Below, one piece after another: positions 1 through 9,016 of a DNA stretch of 36,201 nt. A program made the translations under genes and the position numbers. The notes below the pieces were generated by a model that saw nothing but the letters and a program-made list of their open reading frames with translations, did not search any database and had not been told where the DNA came from. Numbering within the stretch: position 1 is the first letter of the stretch; each line of letters opens with the position of its first letter. Location: positions 1 to 36,201 of the forward strand of contig RKRO01000548.1 of NCBI GenBank assembly GCA_007571355.1, read 5' to 3'. This DNA is from Candidatus Poribacteria bacterium. GTDB lineage: Bacteria; Poribacteria; WGA-4E; WGA-3G.

Positions 1-282
1 AAACACCTCCCGGTTTACCTTATCGCTGAGAGACTTTCCGAAGCAGAGACAAATAAACGCCGCCGTTCCATCCGCCATCGTGCGAAACGCAAAGCACAGA
101 CCCCCTCAAAAGCACGCTTACGCCTCGCGGGATGGAACCTTTATATCACCAACATTGAAGAACATCAACTCACACCGAAACAGATAGCTGCCGTTGTCGG
201 CATCCGTTGGCAGGTTGAACTCATGTTTATAGTAAAGTCAATAATTATTGAAACACATCCTATCGATACGATGTCCCTCTGA
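1..282 (+). mobile_element. Remnant of an IS4-type (DDE) transposase gene: 5' end cut by the window edge, 3' end apparently truncated soon after the R-x3-E catalytic-region motif
   Basis: Frame +1 is open from base 1 to TGA at 280-282. It reads ...RLAGWNLYITNIEEHQLTPKQIAAVVGIRWQVELMFIVKS.... GWxLxxTN followed by RWQ[IV]E..F..K is the C-terminal signature region of IS4/IS5-type DDE transposases. Only about 18 codons follow before the stop, whereas intact members continue further. No terminal inverted repeat could be identified. Confidence 0.55.
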
Positions 283-575
283 TTCCCCCCTGACAAGGCG
301 GGGAGGGGGGTTGGCTTCCTAAAAGTGTGCATTTATTTTTAGATTTTACTATATCTTTTTTCTTTCCATTGTTTGTAGACCTCCGTTTTCATTTTCCGCC
401 AATTAGCGTCCTTATTTCCGACTCAAGTCATTCCTACTGAATAAACAGCACGTGCCTGTTCCCGAGATGCCCTCAGAAAACCGACTTTTGTATGGTTCTA
501 CGCAGCTTGCGCTAAGTATAGCGTTAATTTAGGTAAGTTTCAATTGGAAAAGGTGCTGTTGAGAAAGTGAGAGGT

Positions 576-1280
576 TTATGCCAAAAAGCGGTGATAAAAC
601 AGGGTTGTAAGGATTTTGTAGCCCGCTTTGAGGGTGCCGGTGAGGGTACCAGTGATTTTGGAGGTGCCGATGCGTTTGCGATACCGGACGGGTACTTCAC
701 AGGCAGGGATGCCGCATTTCGCGGCTTTCAGCTGCATCTCGACTGTCCATCCGAAGGTTTTGTCTTGCATGTTTAGGTTAAGGAGTTCAGGGTATCGGAT
801 GGCACGGAAGGGACCTAAGTCTGTATAGCGAACACCGAAGAAATGGCGTATCAGGAAACAGGCGAGCCAATTGCCGAAACGTGCTTGCGGGAGGAGTGCC
901 TCTTTTGCAGCACCTTGTGTCCTTGTGCCGATGACGAGTGCGGCTCTGTTTTCGAGTATAGGTTGTAGGAGTTGTGACATGTCCGTTGGGTAGTCGCTAT
1001 AGTCGCCGTCGAGGAAAACGACGATATCCGGTGGTTGTGTTGCAAGGGCAGCGATGCCGGCGAGACAGGCGTATCCGTACCCGCGCCGCGGTTCGGCTAC
1101 AACGCGTGCGCCGTTACGTTTGGCGATGGCGGCGGTGTTGTCGGTGCAGCCGTTGTCAACGACGATGATTTCTTGGCATGTGATTTCCGCATTGTGTGCC
1201 GTTTTAGGGATATCACTGATGACTTTCGCGATGGCACTTTCTTCGTTAAGGACTGGGATGATGACTGAGACGGTTGGCAT
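576..1280 (-). CDS. Family 2 glycosyltransferase (GT-A fold, dolichyl-phosphate-sugar-transferase-like)
   Basis: 234-aa ORF. N-terminus VSVIIPVLNEE, then VVDNGCTDNT and a DGDYSD (DxD-type) motif, as in GT2 enzymes. Confidence 0.85.
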   Translation of the reverse strand: MPTVSVIIPVLNEESAIAKVISDIPKTAHNAEITCQEIIVVDNGCTDNTAAIAKRNGARVVAEPRRGYGYACLAGIAALATQPPDIVVFLDGDYSDYPTDMSQLLQPILENRAALVIGTRTQGAAKEALLPQARFGNWLACFLIRHFFGVRYTDLGPFRAIRYPELLNLNMQDKTFGWTVEMQLKAAKCGIPACEVPVRYRKRIGTSKITGTLTGTLKAGYKILTTLFYHRFLA

Positions 1281-1403
1281 GGGGCCTCATCGTACGGTTA
1301 GGTGCAGCTCCAGTTGGGTTGAACGAAAAGTCAACTGCTAATATTTCAGACACGCCTGAATATCCTTGGCGGGGTTTCAGGCCCCGCCTGCAGACGGTGC
1401 ATG

Positions 1404-2411
1404 CTACAGTTTTGCAGCGGGTTCTTGTACTGTGTCGAGGAGGCGTTGAATGACGGTGTCAGAGTCAATACCTTCAGCTTCAGCATGGAAGTTGGTTAGG
1501 ATACGGTGGCGCAGCACTGCCGGGGCAACAGATTTCACATCTTCACAGGATGCGTTGTAGCGGCCGCGTAGAATGGCTCGTGCCTTAGCACCTAAGATGA
1601 GATATTGCCCGGCACGGGGGCCAGCACCCCAGCGGACCCACTGTTGGATGAAATCGGGTGCGTCTTCTTCTTTCGGACGTGTTGCGCGCGCGATTTTTAC
1701 GGCGTATTGCACGACGTTGTCGGCGGCAGGTACACGCCTCACAATATTATGGAGTGCTACGATGGCGTGTCCAGAGAGCGTGCTTTCGAGTTCAGGTATC
1801 TCTGCCCCAGTGGTCGCCGAAACGATGTCTGTTTCTTCCGTTTCTGTAGGGTAGTCAATGACGATTTTGAACATGAACCGGTCCAACTGTGCCTCCGGTA
1901 GTGGATATGTCCCCTCTTGCTCAATCGGGTTCTGTGTGGCGAGGACGAAGAAGGGTTGCTCAAGTTGGAATTCGTTGCCGCCAGCAGTGACGTGGTATTC
2001 CTGCATGGCTTCTAAAAGTGCTGCTTGCGTTTTCGGCGGTGTCCGGTTAATTTCATCTGCAAGGAGGATGTTCGCGAAGATCGGTCCCTGAATGAACCGA
2101 ATTGTGCGATGTCCGGTTGTCCGGTCTTCCTCAAGGACATCTGTACCAGTGATATCAGCAGGCATTAAATCCGGAGTGAACTGGATTCGCTTGAACTTAA
2201 GGTTCAGGATTTGCGCCAGGGTTCTAATCATAAGAGTTTTGGCGAGTCCTGGGACACCTTCGAGTAGGCAGTGTCCACCAGCAAAAAGTGCCATCAACAT
2301 CTGATTGACAACTTCTTCTTGCCCAACTATGACCTTTTTGAGCTGTGCCAAGATGAGTTCTTGGCTCTCCATGAGTTCTTCTATCGCTTTAACTTCTTCA
2401 GTTGCTGGCAT
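1404..2411 (-). CDS. MoxR-family AAA+ ATPase
   Basis: VIVGQEE...[11 protein letters not shown] (Walker A), ILLADEINR (Walker B) and the MoxR-type C-terminal lid are present. The maximal ORF starts at a TTG (2453). I prefer the ATG at 2411 (MPATEEV...), which has AGGAGG at 2425-2430. Confidence 0.9.
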   Translation of the reverse strand: MPATEEVKAIEELMESQELILAQLKKVIVGQEEVVNQMLMALFAGGHCLLEGVPGLAKTLMIRTLAQILNLKFKRIQFTPDLMPADITGTDVLEEDRTTGHRTIRFIQGPIFANILLADEINRTPPKTQAALLEAMQEYHVTAGGNEFQLEQPFFVLATQNPIEQEGTYPLPEAQLDRFMFKIVIDYPTETEETDIVSATTGAEIPELESTLSGHAIVALHNIVRRVPAADNVVQYAVKIARATRPKEEDAPDFIQQWVRWGAGPRAGQYLILGAKARAILRGRYNASCEDVKSVAPAVLRHRILTNFHAEAEGIDSDTVIQRLLDTVQEPAAKL

Positions 2412-2531
2412 TTTTAAATTATGGCCTCCTGGGCGAAAGAAACGCCCAATCAAAAACCCTTCCTCTTTGTTTCGGGCAGGTTTTCGGTTATTTCAACGCT
2501 ATTTGTGAATACAAATCAAACTCACGTTCAA

Positions 2532-5495
2532 TTAAAACGCTTGTGTTAACATGAACCGTTTTGTACCTCGGTTTGAAGCGATTCTGACGACATATTTGAG
2601 ATGCAGGATGTTCTCCGGCGTGACCCTCGGTGTTAAGAAACGGATGGTCTGATGCATTTCAGCCTTACGTTTGGATTTGGTGTAGCGAAGTTGAATTTCC
2701 GCCACCTCGGTTTTTAATACCCGTTCTTCTGGGACAATATCTATGTTGAAGGGTGCCTCGGTCCTGACGGTGATTTTATCCTCAAGGGTGAGTGCCTTGC
2801 CGATAGTGGCGGGGTACATTCGGCGTTCCTCACTCAGTAACTCGGCGTAAGGGTGTTTGACGAGCGGTAGCTCAAGCACGAACTGGCTGCCGATAGCGTA
2901 GAGATATTCTTTACAGGACCAGGTGAGCTCAATGTTCAATTCGCCTTTGAGTGCCGAGAGTCCAGAGACTTTGAAATTTTCGATTTTGGCGCGATCGTCG
3001 AGTTCCAAAAGTTTGTGAAGGAACTCGGATTTTTCTTCAGCAGTTTGGAGATGTGAAAGTTGACTTCGCAATTTCATATTATAGCTGCCTGTGAGGGTTA
3101 ATTCTTGATGGACAGAGACACTCATATCTCTTTTCACCGCTATGTCAGTGTGAATCTTTTTAAGATTTGATATTGCGTCGAGAGTGGGGCTCTTCTGAAA
3201 GCGGTAGAGTTTGTTCTCCATATTACCAGCTGCGTCGTTGGATTTTGTATCGCTTGCGTTTTCTGAGAAACGCGGGTTAATAATCAGGGTCCATCTATCT
3301 TGGTCGCTGGCAGGGAAATCGCCGAATGCACATGTCTCTGCTGTCGGGTCGAGCCAGATGAGTTCGTTGTCTTTGTCGCCTTCGACGGCGAGGATCATGT
3401 GATTAAAATAGGCAAGCGAGGGTACGGCTTCGACTTCAGAACCGCCATCCGGGAGATGTGCGTTGATGCCGCGTGTGTCGCCCGCAGAGATAAGAACAGG
3501 ATAAGAATTAATGCCTGCGGATTCAAGCATCGTCGAGAGGAGTGTCGTTTTGTCCTTACAATCGCCCTTTCCGACTTCTAAGACGAGGTCGGCGGGATAC
3601 GGTTTGATCGCCCAAATACCGAGTTCAAAGCCGAGGTACTGAATGTTCGTTGCAACATATTCGTAAAGCCGTTTTATTTTTTCTTTTCGTGTCCACGCGC
3701 CCGTGAGAAGCTGCTCTGTCTTTTTAGTGATCTTGGGTGTAATCTTGTCCTGTTCGCGAATCAGGGTTGTGTACCACGTCACGAGTTTATCCCAGGAATC
3801 GAGTGAGGAGATACTGATGTTATAAGCGAGGTCTTGGGGTGCGGGCATCAGGTATTCTTGATTCAGGGGTGGTACATCGCGTGTTTCAAAGGTGTAGGTA
3901 CGGGTATAGTTATTTTCTGTAATTGTGGGTTCAATATCGAGGAAAGATGTCTCCGGTTGCGCATCTGTGACAGCGGGCGCGCCTGAAATCTGGTAGTAGA
4001 GATCCTTTTTCTTTGGCGTATGAACTGTGAGGCGGTAATATTGTACTGGATGCGGTCCTTGGAAATAGACTTGCCGCCAGAATTCGCCTTGCATGACGTG
4101 TCCGACATTGTTCGTGGAATAGGCGTAGTCTATGATACAACCGTCGCTAATTTTAGGAAGTGTGAAGTACATCAGACGTGCGTCAACGTATAGCCCCGCG
4201 TCCACAGCACTCGGTGGTGGAACATTGGCGATAATTTGGTTTTTGTCGAGTTCAACGAGTTCACCGCTCGGGGTTAATGTACGTGCGTGGTGGATGGTAA
4301 CATCGTCTCTGCCACGCATATAAGGGATGCTCACCTCTGCAAGGTTTTTACCGTCTTCGTTAAAGATTTTTGCGATCCGCCGTGTAGAGTAGATGTAACG
4401 GCTTTTTTCATCGATATTGACATTGACGCTCTCCCAAAGGACAACCGCCCCCTCATCTGGGTAATCTTTTTGGGAGGGGAGTTTATCCATAATTTCTTGG
4501 ATCGCTTGCTCGTCTGCTTCGCTGATGTAGTTGTAAGGTAGCGATGATCCACGATTATCCGGATTCTGAGCGGCGATGTCGGGGCCACGCCCACGTGTTT
4601 CTGTTTCGCCCAGTTCGTTACTGACGACTGGCTCCGATTCGGTTGAAACAGATGTGTTTTCTAAGCGCGAACGTCGTGTCCCTAAGAACGTCTTTTCGGC
4701 GAGCGTACCATCATCTGTTTCCGCTTTTACGACTGTTAGGTTTCGAGTTGCCCGCCTGTCTCCGTTATCATCGAGATGCGGATGTTCAGTTTGAACATTT
4801 CCATCTTTCGCATACCACGCCTCTGTTCGCGCCTGTAACAATAGAAATGCTTCTAATACTGAGACATCGCCATCGTTGTCCGTATCGCTATCAGTTGCGG
4901 AAAAAGCATCTACAAGGACATCGCCGAATCCTGCTTGTAGCGAGTAGCCTTCATTGGGTGAACTGGAGGTAATAATGATACGTCCAGGTCTGCTGAGTTG
5001 TGGCACAAGTTTACCACTATAGGGGAAACCGAAGATTAGAATCTGGCGTTCGGCGGAGATGTTGTTTATGCGTGCTATGTATTCTGCTTCACTGATATCC
5101 GGTCCGATCAGATTATATTTCAATTCACCTTTGTTGGTACGGGATGCGTGTCCGATCATGAAGAGCAGGAACCGATCTGCCGGTTCTATAGTCTCTGTGA
5201 GTTGGTCGAACGCTGCTAAAACCTGTTCACGTTTCGATTCGGTATCGACGAGTCCTTCCGCGCCAGACGCGTCCATATCTTCAAAGAGAAAGGTAATTTG
5301 GTCGGGTGTATAACCGTATTCATCGGTGAGGAGTTGGTGGAATCGGGAGGTGGCATTCCAGAATGCATCATAAAAGGATTTCTCACCGGCAGCACCACCG
5401 ATGATTAGGACGTGGTCTGCTGCAAGTGCTGTTGTAGAAACCAGAATAACAGTGAGAATTACAATGAATGTTTGGCGCATTTTCTTTTTCTCCAT
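2532..5495 (-). CDS. Secreted 987-aa multidomain protein: N-terminal peptidase-C13/caspase-fold-like module, DUF3857-like region, transglutaminase-like Cys-protease core, DUF3858-like C-terminus
   Basis: Signal peptide MRQTFIVILTVILVSTTALAA. C13-like block HVLIIGG...FLLFMIGHAS...ILIFGFPYSG, plus a DSDTDNDGDVSVLEAF calcium-loop-like motif. The transglutaminase core is GKGDCKDKTTLL (Cys codon at 3558-3560) ...NHMILAV...WLDPT. The start may be M1 (5495) or M6 (5480, with GGAG upstream). Domain names are from memory of the architecture. Confidence 0.7.
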   Translation of the reverse strand: MEKKKMRQTFIVILTVILVSTTALAADHVLIIGGAAGEKSFYDAFWNATSRFHQLLTDEYGYTPDQITFLFEDMDASGAEGLVDTESKREQVLAAFDQLTETIEPADRFLLFMIGHASRTNKGELKYNLIGPDISEAEYIARINNISAERQILIFGFPYSGKLVPQLSRPGRIIITSSSPNEGYSLQAGFGDVLVDAFSATDSDTDNDGDVSVLEAFLLLQARTEAWYAKDGNVQTEHPHLDDNGDRRATRNLTVVKAETDDGTLAEKTFLGTRRSRLENTSVSTESEPVVSNELGETETRGRGPDIAAQNPDNRGSSLPYNYISEADEQAIQEIMDKLPSQKDYPDEGAVVLWESVNVNIDEKSRYIYSTRRIAKIFNEDGKNLAEVSIPYMRGRDDVTIHHARTLTPSGELVELDKNQIIANVPPPSAVDAGLYVDARLMYFTLPKISDGCIIDYAYSTNNVGHVMQGEFWRQVYFQGPHPVQYYRLTVHTPKKKDLYYQISGAPAVTDAQPETSFLDIEPTITENNYTRTYTFETRDVPPLNQEYLMPAPQDLAYNISISSLDSWDKLVTWYTTLIREQDKITPKITKKTEQLLTGAWTRKEKIKRLYEYVATNIQYLGFELGIWAIKPYPADLVLEVGKGDCKDKTTLLSTMLESAGINSYPVLISAGDTRGINAHLPDGGSEVEAVPSLAYFNHMILAVEGDKDNELIWLDPTAETCAFGDFPASDQDRWTLIINPRFSENASDTKSNDAAGNMENKLYRFQKSPTLDAISNLKKIHTDIAVKRDMSVSVHQELTLTGSYNMKLRSQLSHLQTAEEKSEFLHKLLELDDRAKIENFKVSGLSALKGELNIELTWSCKEYLYAIGSQFVLELPLVKHPYAELLSEERRMYPATIGKALTLEDKITVRTEAPFNIDIVPEERVLKTEVAEIQLRYTKSKRKAEMHQTIRFLTPRVTPENILHLKYVVRIASNRGTKRFMLTQAF

Positions 5496-5503
5496 TAATG
5501 TTT

Positions 5504-6061
5504 TTAAGATCCCCGCGTGTCGGAATTGGATATGAAATCACCGCTTTTTCCGCCAGTTTTTTTCACCAGTCTGACATCACCGATGACCATCTCCTTATCC
5601 ACTGCTTTGCACATATCGTAAACAGTCAAAGCTGCGATTGAAACGGCTGTGAGTGCTTCCATCTCTACGCCGGTGCGACCGATCGTTTGGATTTCTGCTT
5701 TAATCTCAATCCGTAAGTTCTCCTTTGCGATGCCGAGTTCGACGCGAATTGAGGTCAAAGCGAGCGGATGGCAGAGCGGGATGAGTTCACCGGTCCGTTT
5801 CGCTGCCATGATGCCTGCAAGCCGTGCGACCTCTAAGACATCGCCTTTCTTCATCTTTTGTTCCGCGATTAATCGGAGTGTTTCTGGATGGGCGGTAATA
5901 TGCCCGCGGGCGATGGCGATGCGCAATGTCTCTTTTTTGCCACCGACATCTACCATCCGTGTGTTGCCTTTTTCATCAAAGTGCGTTAATTTAATTTTAC
6001 CTTGCGGAGGAATGCCGTTCATTTTCATCTGTAAGGTGCATCCCTTAAAGCCGCCCTCCAT
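5504..6061 (-). CDS. moaC: Cyclic pyranopterin monophosphate synthase MoaC
   Basis: [18 protein letters not shown]..., [28 protein letters not shown] and [24 protein letters not shown] are near-canonical MoaC strings. The true start may be an internal ATG at 6028 or 6022, because the first ~11 codons have no MoaC counterpart. Confidence 0.9.
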   Translation of the reverse strand: MEGGFKGCTLQMKMNGIPPQGKIKLTHFDEKGNTRMVDVGGKKETLRIAIARGHITAHPETLRLIAEQKMKKGDVLEVARLAGIMAAKRTGELIPLCHPLALTSIRVELGIAKENLRIEIKAEIQTIGRTGVEMEALTAVSIAALTVYDMCKAVDKEMVIGDVRLVKKTGGKSGDFISNSDTRGS

Positions 6062-6218
6062 TACGTTACGGTTTTCAGTGATCGGTTATCAGTTTGCCGC
6101 AGGAAAGGTGCCTGCCACGATGCGTTAACTGAGTACTGAAAGATTTTTTCTACGAAAAAAAAATCGTACTGACGACTGACACTCTTAAAACTGTAAGGTC
6201 TTTCGTAGAAAAACCTTA

Positions 6219-7838
6219 CTAACAAATAATGTGTTCGTATCTTTCACGGAACCTTTCAAGGTATTTGCCTTCGCCATGATATGCCTTGACATCTTCAGGG
6301 TGTGGACGAATCGGTTCGCCGCGTTTCAGAACGGAGGCACTGAATGCTTCGATGTCGAAAGTTTCGTTTGCTGCGTCGTGGAGTGCCTTGACCCCTGCGA
6401 CTGCGGCACCGAGTGCTGCGCCCCCCTTTTCCACGGATAGTATTGGTCTATTCCAGATGCCAGCAACCCGTCTCATGATTTCAGGACTGTCGGTCGCGCC
6501 ACCGGTTACGAATAGCGGGGCTTGTGTCCGTTTTGTGAAGACGGCGGAGTAGATATAGACAGCGGCGAGACTTGTCTCAATGATACCGGTGTAATCTTCT
6601 GCCAATGTTGGTGCTCCAATGGCGCGGATTAATTCATAAGCACCGGAAACGGGAAAGGACTCGGTCTTCGGCTGCCAGAACGTCATAAACTGTCCTGGTG
6701 CGACTTGCTTTAATGCCGCCTCTGCAGGCGCGTATTCCTCTTTTGCTAAACCGTAATTGTTTCTCACTGCATCCCATACCATAGCACCGTTCGTGCGGCA
6801 CCCGAACATGAAAGGCCGGTTGATGCCGTCATACATCGCGTTCGCGAATCCTTCGGGGTCGAGTGTGTCTCCATCGGTTGATACCATGTTGACGAAACTG
6901 GTGCCGAGGCTTAAGAGATCGCCGGCGACAGGGACTTTTGCCTGCGGGTTGTCACCAGAGCCTGCTATAACGGCGCAACGTTCCTCAAACCCGTATTTTT
7001 CTGTGTAGTATGCGGCAAGGTTTCCGACGATGGAATCTGGGCGCGCGAGTGTCGGTAATTTCGAATGAAAGGCTTCTACGCCGCCGGTTAATCCATCTGC
7101 CGTTGCTGCTAACAACGCCGAATCCCATGCCTTTGCCCGGTAGTTCATCAACGACATGCCGCATCCGTTTCCATAGTCGATGGGTACGTTTGCGTTCCCT
7201 GTTAGTACGGCTGGAATGAAACTACTAATCAACTGAATTTTCGCTGTCGCCGTGTAGTGTTCGGGATGCTGCTCCGCGACACGCCGGACGACTGTGCCTG
7301 TGAACCGAAGCGGGGCATCAGAACCGGAGAGACTGATCATCTCTGCCTTGCCGCCGACTGCGTTTCGGACAGCGTCAGTTTGAGAGGCGGTGTTCGCAGT
7401 CATCCATATCGGTGCAGTCGGATATGAGAAAACATCCGATAGCAGCGTTTTTAATTCAGATGCGCTACTTTCTGAGTTTTGGAGGCTGGAGAATATATTC
7501 GCTGCGTTCCGGTTCAGATAAACGTGTCCGTGCTGTTGCCCGGATGTATTGATGACAACGATATTTTCTAAGGTGACACCCGCCTCACGTATATCGGTGA
7601 ACATAGCATCGAGTGATGCGAGATACATCAACGGCGGTTGTTCGGCTTCGCCTTCTTCCCTCGGCGGCAGGATATAATCCTCCCCGATACCGAATCCGTT
7701 GAGTCGTGTATCGGCGCGGTAGTCGAGCGAGTGCTCAAAGCATTTCTCCGCAGTGTCTATATCAATGACGATAGCGGATAGACTTTGCGTACTTGAATCT
7801 AAACCGAGCGCGAGGCGTTGATTTTTGTGGTTAGCCAC
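6219..7838 (-). CDS. FGGY-family carbohydrate kinase, xylulokinase-like (eukaryote-type XylB-like)
   Basis: 539 aa with a GTG start. LGLDSSTQSL (phosphate-1 motif), NTSGQQHGHVYL and the C-terminal GGATDSPEIMRRVAGIW match the FGGY/xylulokinase pattern. Confidence 0.8.
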   Translation of the reverse strand: MANHKNQRLALGLDSSTQSLSAIVIDIDTAEKCFEHSLDYRADTRLNGFGIGEDYILPPREEGEAEQPPLMYLASLDAMFTDIREAGVTLENIVVINTSGQQHGHVYLNRNAANIFSSLQNSESSASELKTLLSDVFSYPTAPIWMTANTASQTDAVRNAVGGKAEMISLSGSDAPLRFTGTVVRRVAEQHPEHYTATAKIQLISSFIPAVLTGNANVPIDYGNGCGMSLMNYRAKAWDSALLAATADGLTGGVEAFHSKLPTLARPDSIVGNLAAYYTEKYGFEERCAVIAGSGDNPQAKVPVAGDLLSLGTSFVNMVSTDGDTLDPEGFANAMYDGINRPFMFGCRTNGAMVWDAVRNNYGLAKEEYAPAEAALKQVAPGQFMTFWQPKTESFPVSGAYELIRAIGAPTLAEDYTGIIETSLAAVYIYSAVFTKRTQAPLFVTGGATDSPEIMRRVAGIWNRPILSVEKGGAALGAAVAGVKALHDAANETFDIEAFSASVLKRGEPIRPHPEDVKAYHGEGKYLERFRERYEHIIC

Positions 7839-7981
7839 TGAAATTTATCCCTTCGCAGTTGTCAGTTTTGAGGGACATTGCGTCACTCTTCTTGTTCGTA
7901 AAGACGGTATATCTTTGCTTGTAAGTGTTGGTAGTGAACGTGCTGTTTCCAGTCTGCTCCGGAATTAGCAGTTGGTGCTAT

Positions 7982-8944
7982 TTAATTCCCTGGATAAGCG
8001 CGGTTTTCTAATTCAGCGATGAATTTTTCAGCGGCGATGGCGGCTGCAGCACCGGCACCTGCAGCGGTAATCGCTTGACGGAATACGTGGTCGTGTACGT
8101 CACCTGCGGCATAAACACCGTCTATATTCGTGCACTGCATTTCATCCACGATGATGTACCCTTGATCGTCTGTATGTATGACATCTGTAAACAGTTCGGT
8201 GTTCGGAATATGTCCTATAAAGATAAATACCCCGTCAATCGGGAAAAGTTGGGTTTCACCGGTTTTAACGTTTTTGAGGGTTGCGCCGGTCACTTTATCT
8301 GCGTCGCCATTGATTTCTTCAACGATGGTGTCCCAGATGAACTTGATTTTATCGTTTTTGAAGGCGCGTTCCTGCATAATCTGGCTTGCTCGGAGTTGAT
8401 CGCGTCTGTGAACGATGTATACCTCGGAGGCATACTTGGTCAGGAAGATGCCTTCCTCTAATGCCGCGTCGCCGCCGCCAACGACGATGAGCCGTTGATC
8501 TTGAAAGAAAAACCCGTCGCAAGTGGCACAGTAGGAGACACCGCGTCCGCCGTATGCCTCTTCACCGGGGATGTCGAGTGTCCGCGGCGAGGCACCTGTG
8601 CATATAATCACCGATTTGGCGCGATATTCTTTCGCGTAAGTTGTGACAACAAACGGATGTTGCAAGAAATCGACGGCTGTTACAGTGTCGAATTTAACCT
8701 CGGTGCCGAATCGTTCTGCCTGTTCTTGCATGCCTTGTATAAAGACCCCTGCCTCGTTCCCGAAGAAGCCGGGATAGTTTTCGAGGTCGAGTGTCAGAGA
8801 GAGTTGTCCGCCGAGTGCTTCGCCTGTAATCAGGACAGGTTCAAGCATCGCACGAGATGTATAGACTCCTGCGGCAAATCCAGCAGTGCCACCGCCAATA
8901 ATCACGATATTTCGGTCTTCTGTGTTGTTTGTATTCGTATCCAT
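7982..8944 (-). CDS. trxB: Thioredoxin-disulfide reductase
   Basis: VIIGGGTAGFAAG (FAD), the redox-active CATCDG, VVGGGDAALEE (NADPH) and the C-terminal GDVHD...RQAITAAGAG are present. Confidence 0.92.
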   Translation of the reverse strand: MDTNTNNTEDRNIVIIGGGTAGFAAGVYTSRAMLEPVLITGEALGGQLSLTLDLENYPGFFGNEAGVFIQGMQEQAERFGTEVKFDTVTAVDFLQHPFVVTTYAKEYRAKSVIICTGASPRTLDIPGEEAYGGRGVSYCATCDGFFFQDQRLIVVGGGDAALEEGIFLTKYASEVYIVHRRDQLRASQIMQERAFKNDKIKFIWDTIVEEINGDADKVTGATLKNVKTGETQLFPIDGVFIFIGHIPNTELFTDVIHTDDQGYIIVDEMQCTNIDGVYAAGDVHDHVFRQAITAAGAGAAAAIAAEKFIAELENRAYPGN

Positions 8945-9016
8945 AATTTTTAAATTTTGCGATAAGTGTTAACTTACGGCATATAGTTTTCGTATATCAA
9001 ACGCATCAATCAGCAT

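Noticed and set aside
285-310. CCCCCCT-12 nt-AGGGGGG hairpin after the transposase stop, as a terminator or IS end
   Set aside because: There is no T-tract and no matching inverted repeat available in the window (the left IS end lies outside). It cannot be distinguished from a chance G/C-run palindrome.
1368-1388. GGCGGGG-7 nt-CCCCGCC hairpin after the MoxR stop, as a terminator
   Set aside because: The stem is GC-rich but lacks a U-tract on the minus strand. The GT2 gene follows co-directionally, so it may equally be an intercistronic stabiliser. This was too weak to list as a feature.
5649-6128. 159-aa ORF antisense to moaC
   Set aside because: It lies almost entirely within the clearly homologous moaC reading frame on the other strand and has no recognisable motifs. 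This is the usual shadow ORF of a GC-balanced gene.
6062-6218. Molybdenum-cofactor (Moco) riboswitch upstream of moaC
   Set aside because: The location is suggestive. However, I could not recognise the conserved Moco-motif stems and loops by eye, and the spacer is AT-rich with simple hairpins. Without an Infernal/Rfam scan this is unsupported. Only the alternative hairpins are reported.
8495-8953. 152-aa ORF antisense to trxB (and the 128-aa ORF at 8075-8461)
   Set aside because: These are shadow ORFs inside a gene with unambiguous TrxB motifs. They have no start context and no motif.
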